From Carcharhinus amblyrhynchos (taxonomy: Eukaryota): DNA of 64,000 bases. The stretch lies in the NCBI GenBank assembly GCA_965287045.1, contig OZ336871.1, positions 128,340,001 through 128,404,000 of the forward strand, in the 5' to 3' direction. Positions within the stretch are counted from its first letter, which is position 1. Each line of letters opens with the position of its first letter. A model generated the notes under the pieces. The model was not told the origin of the DNA. It saw only the letters and a list, made by a program, of their open reading frames with translations, and did no database searches. The position numbers and the translations under genes were made by a program. Shown one piece after another: positions 11,756-23,939 of the stretch.

Positions 11756-11875
11756 GAGTACCAGTAAGTAGCCGAGTCTCTGCAAAGATCCAACAGCTTG
11801 TGAATACCCTTAAGAGGCCGAAACGCCCACCGTTACGAGAATTCTTTGTTGACGATTTTGAAGAATTGCTGGAAG
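11756..11875 (+). CDS. DIP2C: DIP2C coding exon (120 nt, phase 1/1): (G)VPVSSRVSAKIQQLVNTLKRPKRPPLREFFVDDFEELLE
   Basis: Acceptor ctctttcacgtag|GA, donor GAAG|gtaaat. The translation matches recalled vertebrate DIP2C (VSAKIQQLVNTL, PPLREFF; DIP2A has VSSKIQQLLNTL and PPLKEFF). Confidence 0.96.
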
Positions 11876-11946
11876 GTAAATGTAAATTTTATTAGTCTTT
11901 GGGTTTTATTTTGAAATGAATGTATTCAATATATGTATTTGCCTAA

Positions 11947-12590
11947 TCATAGAATCCTTACAGGACAGGAGGAGGCCATTCAGACCGTCAAGTCTGCACC
12001 AACTGCAATCCCACCCAGGCCCTATTCCTGTGACCCCTTATGTTTACCCTGCTAATCCCCTGACACTAGGGTCAATTTAGCATGGCCAAACAACCTAACC
12101 CGCACATCTTTGGACTGTGGGAGGAAACTGGAACACCCGAAGGAAACCCCACAAACATGGAATGTCCACACAGTGACCTGAGACCAGAATTGAACCCGGG
12201 ACCCTAGCGCTGTGAGGCAGCAGTGCTAACCATTGTGCCACCCCACAACAGAACCCATGATTTCATTTCCTCTCAACACCTACCTAAGTTAAAGTTTATT
12301 TATTAGTGTCAAAAGTAGGCTTACGTTAACACTGCAATAAAGTTAGTGTGAAAATCCTCTAGTCGCCACACTACGGTGCCTGTTCGGGTACACTGAGGGA
12401 GAATTTAGCATGGCCAATGCATCTAACCAGCACATCTTTCAGACTGTAGAAAGAATCCGGAGCAGCTGGAGGAAATCCATGTAGACATAAGGTGAGCGTG
12501 CAGACTCTACACGTACAATGACCCAAGTTGGGAATTGAACCCAGGTCCCTGGCGCTGCAATAGCGTTAACCACTGTGCCACCATGCTGCA
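11947..12590 (-). mobile_element. Two tandem HE1-like SINEs (11947-12243 tail type A; 12290-12590 tail type B)
   Basis: Two tgctaaccattgtgcca / gttaaccactgtgcca heads, each with the V-like core. Confidence 0.85.
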
Positions 12591-13101
12591 CTGCGTGATA
12601 AAATTCTTAATAAGGTTTACACATATTCAAAGGAAAACTAATCCAATCTTTTTCCACACCAAGTGCTCCATTCAGCTGTCATGCTGTCCTTGCAAGCTTA
12701 CTTACATTTCAAATTCTTGAGTGTTTATTGACCCTTTCATGGCCTCGCTCTTCCCCATCTTTGTAATCTTCTCCAGGCTCTAAGCACCATCACCCCGTCC
12801 TCCCAAAATCCTCTGTTCTTCTGACCAGAGCTGTTACGCATCCCTTCCTGCTTTGCACCATGACTGAAACATGGTCCTCAGCCATAAAGAAACCAGCTCT
12901 GGAACTCCCTCCTTAACTCTCTAGTCTTCCACCTTATCACCCGCCTCTAAACCTTTACAACCCTCCTCAAAACCTACCTCAGAGAATATGTGCAAACTCC
13001 ATACAGACAGTGACCCGAGGCCAGAATTGAATCCGGGACCCTACCGCTGTGAGGCAGCAGTGCTAACCATTGTGCCACCCCACAACAGAACCCGTGATTT
13101 C

Positions 13102-13129
<28 letters not shown>
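13102..13129 (+). repeat. (CA)14 microsatellite
   Basis: Direct reading. Confidence 0.95.
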
Positions 13130-13133
<4 letters not shown>

Positions 13134-13684
13134 CCCCCACCCACCCACCCCATTCCTTCACTGCCCAAATTCTGGAACTTCCTCTTTAAGAGCACCGTGG
13201 ATTGCAAATACCAGACAGGCTGCTTTGGTTCAAGAATGTGGCTCGCTACCACTTTCTCAAGGGCAATAATGGATGCTGACCCAGCTAGTGAAGACTACTT
13301 CATGCGAAAGAATTTTTAGAAGTCTGATTGAATAGCGGGACTGAATCAAAGAAGTGAATGGCCAACTCGCGTTTCTGTGGCCCTGAGGTATGTTCAGTTA
13401 AGATGACAGGAACTACCGTTGATGAAACTTCAGTGTGTCCTCCCCACCAAGGAGAATCAGTCAAGGATTGCCTCACAAGATCTGATCCTGAAACATTTCT
13501 TGTCTGTGTGGTCTGGTCCATAACAGGAAATCCATTTATCCATTAAACCACCAGGAAATGTTATGGAAATTACATAACTTACTGACGGTAGTATTTTGAA
13601 GTTAATGTAGTCCATTTTAAAAGCATACAAACAGGAATTGTAATTGTTTTGGTGGAAAGACTGACACTGTCAATTTTATTGTAG

Positions 13685-13882
13685 TTCAACAGCCAGACCC
13701 TAACCAGCCGAGACCGGAGGGAGCACAGATGTTAGCCATCAGAGGAGAACAGCTTGGTGTTGTAACTAACTGGCCACCATCTCTGGAAGCGGCTCTTCAG
13801 CGTTGGGGTACCATCTCTCCAAAAGCACCTTGCCTGACCACCATGGACACGAACGGAAAACCGCTTTACATCCTTACGTACG
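13685..13882 (+). CDS. DIP2C: DIP2C coding exon (198 nt, phase 1/1): (V)QQPDPNQPRPEGAQMLAIRGEQLGVVTNWPPSLEAALQRWGTISPKAPCLTTMDTNGKPLYILTY
   Basis: Acceptor ttttattgtag|TT, donor TACG|gtactt. Open frame continuous with the previous exon. Confidence 0.96.
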
Positions 13883-14750
13883 GTACTTAGACACTTTCTT
13901 GCCCAGGTCTTTCTGTTGCATATCTCATTGCGCGGAGTAATGTGATCAGCCTAAAGATCAGTTTTGCTGAAGTCTGCTTTCTCTCCAAAGACACGAGTCA
14001 TCAGTCTTGCCTGATCTATTACTGTGACATTGAACACATCAACCTTCTAAGAATGTTAATTAAAGATTTCTGTAGTGACCCAGACCATTTAGACAAGGTG
14101 ACATGGAACTATATTCAAAGTGTAAATGTTAATTTTTCTGTGTTGGGTCATTACATACTGAGATCATTTTATACGTGTGATGAGGTCTATAATTCTGATG
14201 ATTCATTAGCAGCGAAGCAAGCCCTTATATAAGCCAAGCAGTGTTTCATTTAATGAAGGTGCAGTTGCATCTGACTTTGCATGGTGATCAAATTCCATTT
14301 AAAATTGATGCTGAATCTGACTCCTTTTGAGATCTGTCGTGAGAATTTTGCAAAGTGTTGATCATTTTTGAAGCCTGAACTTCTGAAAGCATTTGCTATT
14401 CAACTTAAATGGATATTTTAAAATTACTATCATTTTTTAAATGTGGAATGATGTCTTCTTCCATGCCATTGACTTAGTTGCAATTTGGGAATCTGTCACG
14501 AACCATAGTGATGGACTGTTCTATGTGTTATTGTGTCCACTTGGGCTTTTGGCTAAAATCAGGTGCAATGCTTCCTCTTGGATTTTTCTGTCTCCCTTGT
14601 GGGGACCTTGAATTGGATCCAATTGGAATTTGAATATGGATTTTGGAGCAAGCAAGGAATGGATTTGGGTTTGCCCGGTCCATGCTGAATGTTGGCTTTG
14701 CAACTTTAAGAATGTAAAAAAAAGTCTTTTTGTGTCCAAGGGCTCAATGG

Positions 14751-14940
14751 TAAGAAGATAAGAAGTCTCATAACACCAGGTTGAAGTCCAACAGGTATGT
14801 TTGGAATCATGAGCTTTCAGAGCACTGCTCCTTCATCAGATGAGATTCAAATTTATTCCAAATAAACCAGTTGGACTTTAATCTGCTGTCTTGAGACTTC
14901 TTACTGTGTCCATCCAGTCCGACGCTGGCATCTCCACATC
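14751..14940. mobile_element. Penelope-derived fold-back element (same family as 51535-51770) with an intact minus-strand hammerhead core
   Basis: Arms agaagtctca...gtccaac / gttggac...tgagacttct; tail ccagtccgacgctggcatctccacatc; possible TSD TCAATGG (14744-14750, 14939-14945). Confidence 0.8.
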
Positions 14941-15604
14941 AATGGAGATAGTAATAGTTACGTTTCCTTTCCTGCACTTATCTCAGATGATAATTCAAGC
15001 GATGGTTTTCATAAAAACACCCAGGAAACTATGAAATTTGTGTGTCCTACTTAAGGAATCAGATTTCATGTCAGTGACAAAGTGACAGCCCTTGTTACTA
15101 ATTTTGAATAAAGTCCCCACTCCCCACTGCCTCATGATCTAACAATCCCTCTGATGTAGATTTCCCCTTTCCAGATGTGAGTTTGATGTTGGCTTTGGTT
15201 CAGGAGGATGGATCTCTGGTACCAGCAAAAATGATGACATCAAGTGTATTACGCAGTGTATCTGGAGGTGAAAACCACTTGTTGCCCTTCACTTTTTAAC
15301 GATTCCGCAGACAGAGGAATAAAAATTATGTCACACACACTGAAATCCGACAGAAACTAAAATCTCATAAACTTTAAATTCATTCCTATCATTTTAAAAA
15401 TCTGTACATTCTTTTATCCTCATGGAGAAAGCTGACATTCCACAAATATAACGTTCATAGGCATTGTTCAGCAGTAATCATGACCTTGGTGTAAAGTTAA
15501 AACACCCAGGCATATCTCATTCAATACGGCATAGCTTATTCAAAGGTTTTGACAGTGAGGTTAGCCTGAAAAAGTGAAAGTTCACATCAATTTTAAAAAA
15601 ATAT

Positions 15605-15960
15605 ATATACATTTGTGGGACAAGGGCATCGCTGGCTGGGCCAGCATTTGTTGCCCATCCTTAGTTGCCCTGGGAGGGCAGTTGCAAGTCAGCCACATTG
15701 CTGTGGCTCTGAAGACACATGTAGGTCAAACCAGGTAAGGACAGCAGATTTCCTTCCCTAAAGAGCACTAGTGAACCAGATGGGTTTTTCTGACAATTGA
15801 CAATGGCTTCATAGTTATCAGTAGATTATTAATTCCAGATATTTTTCATCGAAATCAAATTCCACCATCTGTTGTGGCGGGATTCAAACTCAGGTCACCA
15901 GAACATTAGCTGAATATTTGGATTAATAGTGTAGCAATAATTCCACTAGGCCATTGCCTC
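15605..15960 (-). mobile_element. tRNA-derived SINE sharing its 3' tail with LINE family B
   Basis: Tail gggcatcgctggctgggccagcatttgttgcccatcc matches the LINE-B tail at 18500-18550; head aaattccaccatctg...ccactaggccattgcctc. Confidence 0.7.
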
Positions 15961-16874
15961 ACCCAAGTGATTTCAGTGGATTTTCATCGGCAAGGACTTA
16001 ACAGTGCATCCTGTGGAGGAGCGGGGAATCGTGGGCAACAACTTCTGGGTTCCCATGTTTAATCATGCATGTACAGACACCAGAAGTTGCTGTTCCATCG
16101 TCATTACACCTGCAAAATCTGGGCCATGATGTTTCATGCTCTCTCTCATTACTTCTTTCAAGCCCTTCCCTATTTTAAAACCAGATGTAGTGGTAATACC
16201 AATTTATTTTGTGCAGGGATCAGCGAAAGTTGTTTTGCCATGAGTAATGCAATAGCAATACTGCAATCTATCCAGCCACAGATGAATACCTGTTTATTTT
16301 CAGTAGGGGCAGGGCTAAAAGCCACAAGATGCTGTTGCCCAGTGGAGCATGTTGCGATTTCAGCTGCTTGCTACAAGGCTGCAGTCATTGAGCCCCTTGT
16401 TCCAAGGTTGAGTGAGTCAGTGTCCCCATGGGAGACTGCTATTCACCCGTTAGTCCGCTACATGCGATACGTTTCACTGGTTCGTGGCTTGGTGGCATTC
16501 TTAGATTGGGGCCATGGGGCAATGGGGTCGGGTAGGGAAAGATAGAGCCTTGTGTATTGAGTGAGCAGGGAAGGAGAAAAATTAGTTGTTTTTTTCTCAA
16601 TTACTCCGCGCAGCAGGTGTATCTTCTTTGAGCTGAAAAAGCAGCAAGCTTAGGTAGCACAGTTTGTGAAAACCCCTACCCAGCTGTTAGGCAGCAAATT
16701 GAATGACTTGTGTGAAAGCACACAACTGTGTTGAAAGTTGAAGGGGCAGAAAAAGAAAGTTTAATTAATTGGAAGGAAAACAGTTATGGTTAAAAGTCAG
16801 ACTAAATACTTGACGTTAAGATACAGGAGTACCTAGAGTTAGGGCCTGAATCAAGTCCTAATTTACCCTGTAAT

Positions 16875-17245
16875 CAAAACAAAAGTGTTGGAAAAATTCA
16901 GGTGGCCTGGCAGGAAGGGGAAGAGTCATATTGGACTCAATGTCAATTATGTTTCTCTGACGACAGATGGTTCCCAACCTGCTGAGTTTTTCCAGCGCTG
17001 TATTTTTTTACACAGAAGGTGATGGGGGCCTGGAATGCAGTGCCAGATGAGGTGGTTGAGGCAGATACGTTAGCGACATTTAAGACTTACCTGGATGGAC
17101 ACATGAACAGATGGGGAGTAGGGGGATAAAAGCGCTTGGTTTAGATAGGCCAACGTCACCAGCATAGGCTTGGAGGACCGAAGGGCCTGTTCCTGTGCTG
17201 TACTGTTCTTTGGTCTTTGTTCCTGCTTTCATTTCAGCATCTGTG
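16875..17245. mobile_element. Decayed Penelope pLTR fold-back with an inserted CR1 3' end (~17005-17222, +)
   Basis: gaagagtcatattggactc stem-II remnant; CR1 ttttacacagaaggtgatgggggcctggaatg...gggcctgttcctgtgctg. Confidence 0.7.
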
Positions 17246-18479
17246 GCAAGTTAGTTTCATTTGACTGCTATTTTGCCACATTACCTGAATCTCTGACACC
17301 AAATCATGTTGTCCAATGTCCTCAATTATGAAGTTCATTGCTGGCTTAATGAATTGTGGTGTCTTTAATCACATACAGATGATAACTCATAATTTGATTA
17401 GCATATATATTGCTGAATAGGAATCTTGACACCTTAGCCTCATTCTTTTTGTAGCAGTTAAACGATCACAATTTACCATTAATTGCACATTAATGTATTA
17501 ATTTCACCTCCATTCGTAGTGGTTGAGACTGATATTTTCATCTGGCTAATGGTAAGAAGACATTTTGCCACAGAAATTTAACATTTATTTGACCCATGAA
17601 ACAGTTAGTTGTATTTTGACATCAATTGGGAAGACAAGGTTTTGGATGTCATGAAACCCTTTGTTCTCCTTTTAAATACTTAACTCTAGTACGTAGGATA
17701 TAGGTAATTATGACATCTTTTTTGGTGTACAATTAACATCCAATTGTTTGCAGCTATTTCTAGACTTCCTTGTGGATGAAGCAATCACTATGTCATGGTA
17801 AGGGAATAGCAACAGGAGTGTGCAGAGCTGATTTGAGGTTGCGAGGTTTAAATTTAGTCACAGTCCTGTTTTTGTGAAATTGATTTCCTGAGTGACCTGT
17901 CTTCCTTTCTGAATTTTCTTCTGGTTTCAGACTGCACTCTGTTTTGGATGATAAATCTTTATGGTGGGAATCATGCAATGAAAATTATTGTGAAGGCATT
18001 CATTAAAGCAGAGTTTTCGTTCTAATAACGTGTAAACTCTAATAGTTTATTCGAAAGTGTATCCAAATCTGTTAGCAGATTATTCATCTGTTTAAAAAAA
18101 AATGCAATTTGTTTCATTGTTGCGTGACTGAAAAATGCAAATACATATACCTTATATATATCTCTCTTAGTCCCTCATTGGGAATTTCAGGCTTTACTGC
18201 AATTCAATTATGTCCTGTTATACAGTCTGAATACTGGATTAGTGAGCATTTAGATATTAGAAAAAATCTGCCCAAAAATGATTGGGTTGTTTTGTGAATG
18301 AGCACATAGAGTTAATTGTTTGTTAATGCCATTAGGTGACATGTCATAATTGACTCCTGTTTTGACAGTCTGATGCAGTGTATTATGTGCAATGTGATTC
18401 ACGCAATCTCCCATACAAATCCAACTTTGCAAAAATTAAGCTTATTTTACTGACAGACATACAAGGTAAATCCCTCAAT

Positions 18480-19580
18480 TTTTTTTTATTCATTCATGGG
18501 ACATGGGCGTCGCTGGCTGGCCAGCATTTATTACCCACCTCTAGTTGCCCTTGAGAAGGCAGTGGTGAGCTGCTGCCTTGAATACCTGCAGTCTACGTGC
18601 TGTGGGTTGATTCACAATGCCGTTAGGGAGAGAATTCCAGGATTTTGACCCAGCGACGACGAAGGAATGGCGATATATGTCCAAGTCCAGATGCTGAGTG
18701 GCTTGGAGAGGAACTTGCAGGTGGTGGTATTCCCATTTATCTGCTGCCCTTGTCCTTCTAGATGGAAGTGGTCATGGGTTTGGAAGGTGCTGTCTAAGCA
18801 TCTTTGGTGAAATGCTGCAGTGCATCTTGTAGATAGATACCACTGCTGCTACTGAGCATCGGTGGTGGAGGGAGTGAATGTTTATAGATATGGTACCAAT
18901 CAAGTGGGCTGCTTTGTCCTGGATGGTATTGAGCTTCTTGAGTGTTGTTGGAGCTGCACCCATCCAGGCAAGTGGGGAGTATTTCATCACACTCCTGACT
19001 TGTGCCTTGTAGATGGCAGAAAGGCTTTGGGGAGTGAAGATTTGAGTTACTCGCCACAGTATTCCTAGCCTCTGACCTGCTCTTGTAGCCACTGTGTTTA
19101 TGAGGTGAGTCCAGTTGAGTTTCTGGTCAATGGTAACTCCAAGGATGTTGACGGTGGGTGATTCAGTGATGGTTACACCATTGATCGTCAAGGGATGGTG
19201 GTTAGAGTGTCTGTTATTGGGGATGGTCATTGCCTGGTATTTGTGTGTCAAGAATGTTACTTGCCACTTGTCAACCCAAGCCTGGATATTGTCCACATCT
19301 TGTTGCATTTAAACATGGACTGCTTCAGTGTCTGAGGAGTTGCAAATGGTGCTGGACATTGTGTAATCATCAGTGAACATCCCCACTTCTGACCTTATGA
19401 TGGAGGGAAGGTCATTGATGAAGCAGCTGAAGATGTTGGGTCTAGGACCTTGAGGGATTCCTGCAGAGGTGTCCTGGAGCTCAGAAGACTGACCCTCCAT
19501 AACCACAACCATTTTCCTATGTGCCAGGTATGACTCCAACCAGTGGAGAGTTTGCCCCTGATAACCATTGATTCCAGTTT
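18480..19580 (-). mobile_element. LINE family B (CR1/L2-group non-LTR retrotransposon), RT C-terminal half and 3' UTR
   Basis: ORFs 19309..19539 (FSCFINDLPSIIRSEVGMFTDD, RT motif) and 18772..19308 (QQDVDNIQAWVDKWQVTF...ILGVTIDQKLNW). Confidence 0.92.
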
Positions 19581-20364
19581 CTCTCGTGCAAGAACCGAAG
19601 TGGAATTGATCCAGAACGCTTGTAGAATCCTCACGTTAACCTGCCTTCTATTGATGAATGGCATTATTGAATGCATGAAGTTGAACTTCAACCTTAAAGA
19701 ATGGATGGTTTGGGTCTAGTCAGGTGGGGGACGAAAGTTTCAAAAGTATGCTTCCATGACCAAAGCCCCTCTCCAACTTGTTTATTTCTTTACCTGACCC
19801 TAACTGAGGCCTGAAGGTGGGTGGGTGACTATCCTCTGCAAGGAGACAGGTTGGAACTTTACATATTGATCATGAGCTTGTGAGCCTTATTCTCCTGCAG
19901 GTTTTCAATCTTAACTGCTGATGGCCAAGTTTCCTGAATGTTTGAAAATCTGGCACCTTCATCAAGGTGAAGAATTGGTGAACTTGGGAGTTAAGCACCT
20001 TCATACCTACTTCTGGATCCAGGTGCCTGCTTGAGAAGCATCATAATCGAGAATCCCCTCTTCCATTCAACCTTCCACAACCTGAGCCCTCCGATCCTGT
20101 CCATTCTCCTGGTTTCTGATTTCTTCCAGGATGAGGTTCCAACCTTCTTTCCTCACCTCCACGATCATCAACTTACTCAATCAACACCCCCAGTCAGCCG
20201 TTGCCATTCTTGCTGCTGCCTTCATTCACCAGTATCCCGTGCACCTAGAGACCCAGTCTTTCAATTAGGTTGACTTGCTGTTGGGGGAACTAATTAGTGA
20301 CTTCAGTGACTCACTGTCGAGCTAGCACTCCACAACGTGTGAGGGAAATTTGGAATTGGGTGTC

Positions 20365-20665
20365 CCCCGTGCACAGTGGTTAACGCTGTTGCCTCTCCAT
20401 GCCAGGGACCAGGGTTCAATTACCAGCTTGGGTCACTGTATGGAGTTTGCATATTCTGCCCGTGTCTGCGTGGGTTTCCTCCAGGTGCTCTGGTCTCCTT
20501 CCACAGTCCTAAAGACATGCTGGTTTGGTGCATTGACCATGCTAAATTCTCCCTCAGTGTTTCCGAACAGGTGCCAGCGTGTGGTGATTGGTGGATTTTC
20601 ACAATAATCCCATTGCAGTATTAATGTAAGTCTACTTGTGGACACAAATAAATATAATAAACTTT
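20365..20665 (+). mobile_element. HE1-like SINE (tail type B)
   Basis: gcacagtggttaacgctgttgcctc head, core, and ...aagtctacttgtggacacaaataaa tail. Confidence 0.85.
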
Positions 20666-20924
20666 GCAGCTGGCTTACTGCCTGCAGGGTCAAGTCAGTA
20701 AAAAGTGCACCCAATCAAGTGTGGGCAATAAATGCTGACCTTGGCAACTATGCCTAGGGCCTATGAAAGAATAAATTTTAAAAATGAAGTTGCCACAGCA
20801 GTTCATAGCTCACTTCGAGGTAGTAAAAGGTGAGACTTTCAGTTGAACTGAACACTGAAATGAAGCAGTCAAATTTAAAATTTCTAAGTTGAGAGTCTGC
20901 AAATGCATTATATTGCAATTTTAA

Positions 20925-21535
20925 AATTTATTCTTTCATGGCATTGCTGACCTAGGCCAGCATTTATTGCTCAACCCTAATTGCTCTTGAGAAGCTGATG
21001 CAGAACTTCTGCCTTGCACCGCTGTATAAGATTTAGGAACAGAAGTAGGCCATGCGACCCATCGAGTCTGTTCTGCCATTCAATGAGATCATAACTGATC
21101 TACGATGATCTTCACTTTCCCGCCTTATCCCCATAACCCTTGATTCCCTTTATTGATTAAGAATCTCTCCTTTTCAGCCTTGGACATACTTAACCCAGAT
21201 TCCACGGTCCTCTGCGGGAAGAAGTTCCACAGATTCAACCAGGTACACCCATAGGTATACCTGTAGGAACCATAGAGTTGATGTAGGCAAATCCGCAATG
21301 CTCTTAGGAAGGTAGTTCCAGGATTTTTAACTGACAGCAGTGAAGGAGCGGCAACATATTTCCAAGTTAGGATGATGAGTGACTTGGAGGGGAACCTGCA
21401 GATAGCGGTGTTCCCATATGTTTGCTGCCCTTGTCCTTCCAGCTGGTAGAGGTCATGGGGTTGGAAAGTGCTAAGGAGGCTTGGTGAGTTGCTGCCATGC
21501 ATCTTGTAGATGGTACACGCTGCTGCTGGTGGCAG
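20925..21535 (-). mobile_element. LINE-B 3' region interrupted by a CR1 3' end (~21025-21240)
   Basis: Similar to 18480-18860; insert aggaacagaagtaggccat...ttccacagattc. Confidence 0.75.
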
Positions 21536-23379
21536 ATAATTAAAAGTTTAAAGTTAAATGTTTTACTTTTGAATAGGCATGTTACACTGACTCCACATCA
21601 TTCTCTGGTTAGGCAAAACAAAACTCCACCTGCTTACAGCATCTATTCAACTCATTGTTAATATTTCATGAAGACCCCAGCTTGAATATGGCCTTTGAGA
21701 CGATACAAAAGAGATTCACTAAAGTATTTTCAGGTATTGGCAATTAGCAGTGATGCTCTCTTTGAAGATAGAAGATTAAGAAGAAATTTCATTGAAGGGT
21801 GTAAAATTATGAAAGTTTAGATACAGTGAATAGATAGAAACTGTTTCCAATGACTGAAAGGCTGATAAGAGGGCAATGAGAAATAGGGTTTGGAATACGT
21901 TGCCTGATAACATGGTCGGTTGATATTCAGCAGTAGACTTCAAAGAGGAATAAGGTAATTAATCGAAGGAGAAATAAAATTACAGGATGTGAGGAAAGAG
22001 TGACACCAAAAATCTAGCACAGACTGAATGGACTGAATGGCCTTTTCCTCTACTGCACCACCCTTGGATTATGTAACAGCCCTGTGAAATATCTTGGGAT
22101 GTTTTACTAAGTTATAAGCACTGTTTAGGAGGAAGATGGGATCAGGCTTTTGAGTTGGACAATCAGCCATGATCATAATGAATGGTGAAGCAGGCTCGAA
22201 GGGCCGAATGGCCTACTTCTGCTCCTACTTTCTACATTTGAAAGCAAGTTCTTATTGTTGGAAGCCCGAATACATGGAAGGTACACAACATATTTTAATA
22301 GGCTGGTAACAAACTATTGAAAGCCCATCGTCCAGACGGAAGCAGGCAGGTCGAACTGGTCATCCATCACAATACCAGATATGTTTAACTCTGATGTAAG
22401 TAAGCTCTTTGAGGTGCACAACCCAAGAAAGTCCAGCCCAGGACCACCACATTCTCTCCACATGACAGCCAAATGCTGATTCACTCCTTGTGAAAGGAAA
22501 CCATTGTGGAGTAAGAAGTCGGATGGATTATTCAGGAGGATAGGATTAGAGGAAATTCAGAGTTATGTTGCGTGCCAAGAAGCAATAAGTTTAATGAAGA
22601 GTCCTGCACACTATGATTATGGATTTTGTAAAAGCTTCTAAAAGGGATCTTGTCAGGCTCCTGAGTCAAGAGGGCACTTCTGATTGTAGAGGGCAATCTG
22701 ATTGTGTTTAAAAACTGTGACAGAGGATTTTCAACAAGATTTGTTTTTCCTTTTTGTCTTCTGTTAGCTGGCACAGTTAGTGTATGAGTCACTAGCTTAT
22801 GTTGTCAGAGTCTATCTTGATGTAATGTTTGTGTAGGACCTTATCATGATTTCTTTCCTGATCATGCAAGTTTATTTAAAGTGCACTTGGATAAGTATTT
22901 GAAAATGCACGATACAAGAGGATACGTGGACAGGTGATTAGGCATTTTAGTTCTTACTGAAGAGCTTGCCCTACACAATAGGCCAAGTGTCCTGTTTCTC
23001 TCCTGTAAAATCTATTTGGCAGATCAAACCTGCCATTAAGTAAAGCATGTTGTATTCTCTTTAAAGCAGTGAGTATGCTTTAAGAGGACAAAGTTTTTTT
23101 TTAAACAATGGAAGGGCAATCTACTTTTTCAGGTGTACATTATCTGTAAGAATGGGAAGTCCTGTTTCCTTTCTCTACTCTTATTGCATGGTCTGCTAGT
23201 GTTCTTGTGTGAGTTTATGGTTTTGAATTTTTGACGTGGATTGCAAACGTACTATCCAGTTTTCTGTCGTGCATGCCATTGATTTGGTTAAATTGGCCTA
23301 AGAAACACAAAAGTGCAAGGCTTATTTTTGGCTTTTCCTTTCAATAATCAAAATTATTGGCATTGCTTTTTATCAACAG

Positions 23380-23471
23380 GGAAGCTGTGGACAAGGAGTA
23401 TGAAAGTGGCGTACAATATCTTACATAAACTAGGCACCAAACAAGAACCGATGGTCAGGCCTGGCGATAGG
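23380..23471 (+). CDS. DIP2C: DIP2C coding exon (92 nt, phase 1/0): (G)KLWTRSMKVAYNILHKLGTKQEPMVRPGDR
   Basis: Acceptor ttttatcaacag|GG, donor AGG|gtgagc. The peptide is visible inside ORF 23313..23579. Confidence 0.96.
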
Positions 23472-23939
23472 GTGAGCATGGAGCACACATGTCACAGTCG
23501 ACTGTGTCACTTTTCTAACTGTTTGAATTGTTTTGTGACTTTTATATTTTGTGAACCTAGCAGTGGAATCAAAAGCTGAAGCGTATTCAAGATCCTGTAA
23601 TAATGCCTGTATACTCAGCAAAGTACACAAGAACACACAACCTTAAATTTCGAAGAAGGAAGTTGAAGAACGTGATTAACTACTCCACAAATGGGGTGGG
23701 GTGAGCAAATGGAATGGAGTGTCCAGATACAGAGTCATAGAATCCCTACAGTGCATAAACAGGCCAGTCGGCCCATCAAGCCTGTACTGACAACAATCCC
23801 ACCCAGGCCCTGTCCCCGTAAGTCCACAAATTTACCCTGCTGATCTGCCTGGTAATAAGGGGCCATTGAACATGTGGTCGGTGCAGACTCGATGAGCTGA
23901 ATTGCCTCTTTCTGCACTGTAGGGATTCTATGATTCAAT

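Noticed and set aside
13358-13546. 62-aa ORF in unique sequence upstream of the 198-nt exon
   Set aside because: No recognisable homology or convincing splice signals; its length is within chance expectation.
16069-16545. 158-aa ORF
   Set aside because: Starts in a repeat, has no recognisable domain and shows no exon-like borders.
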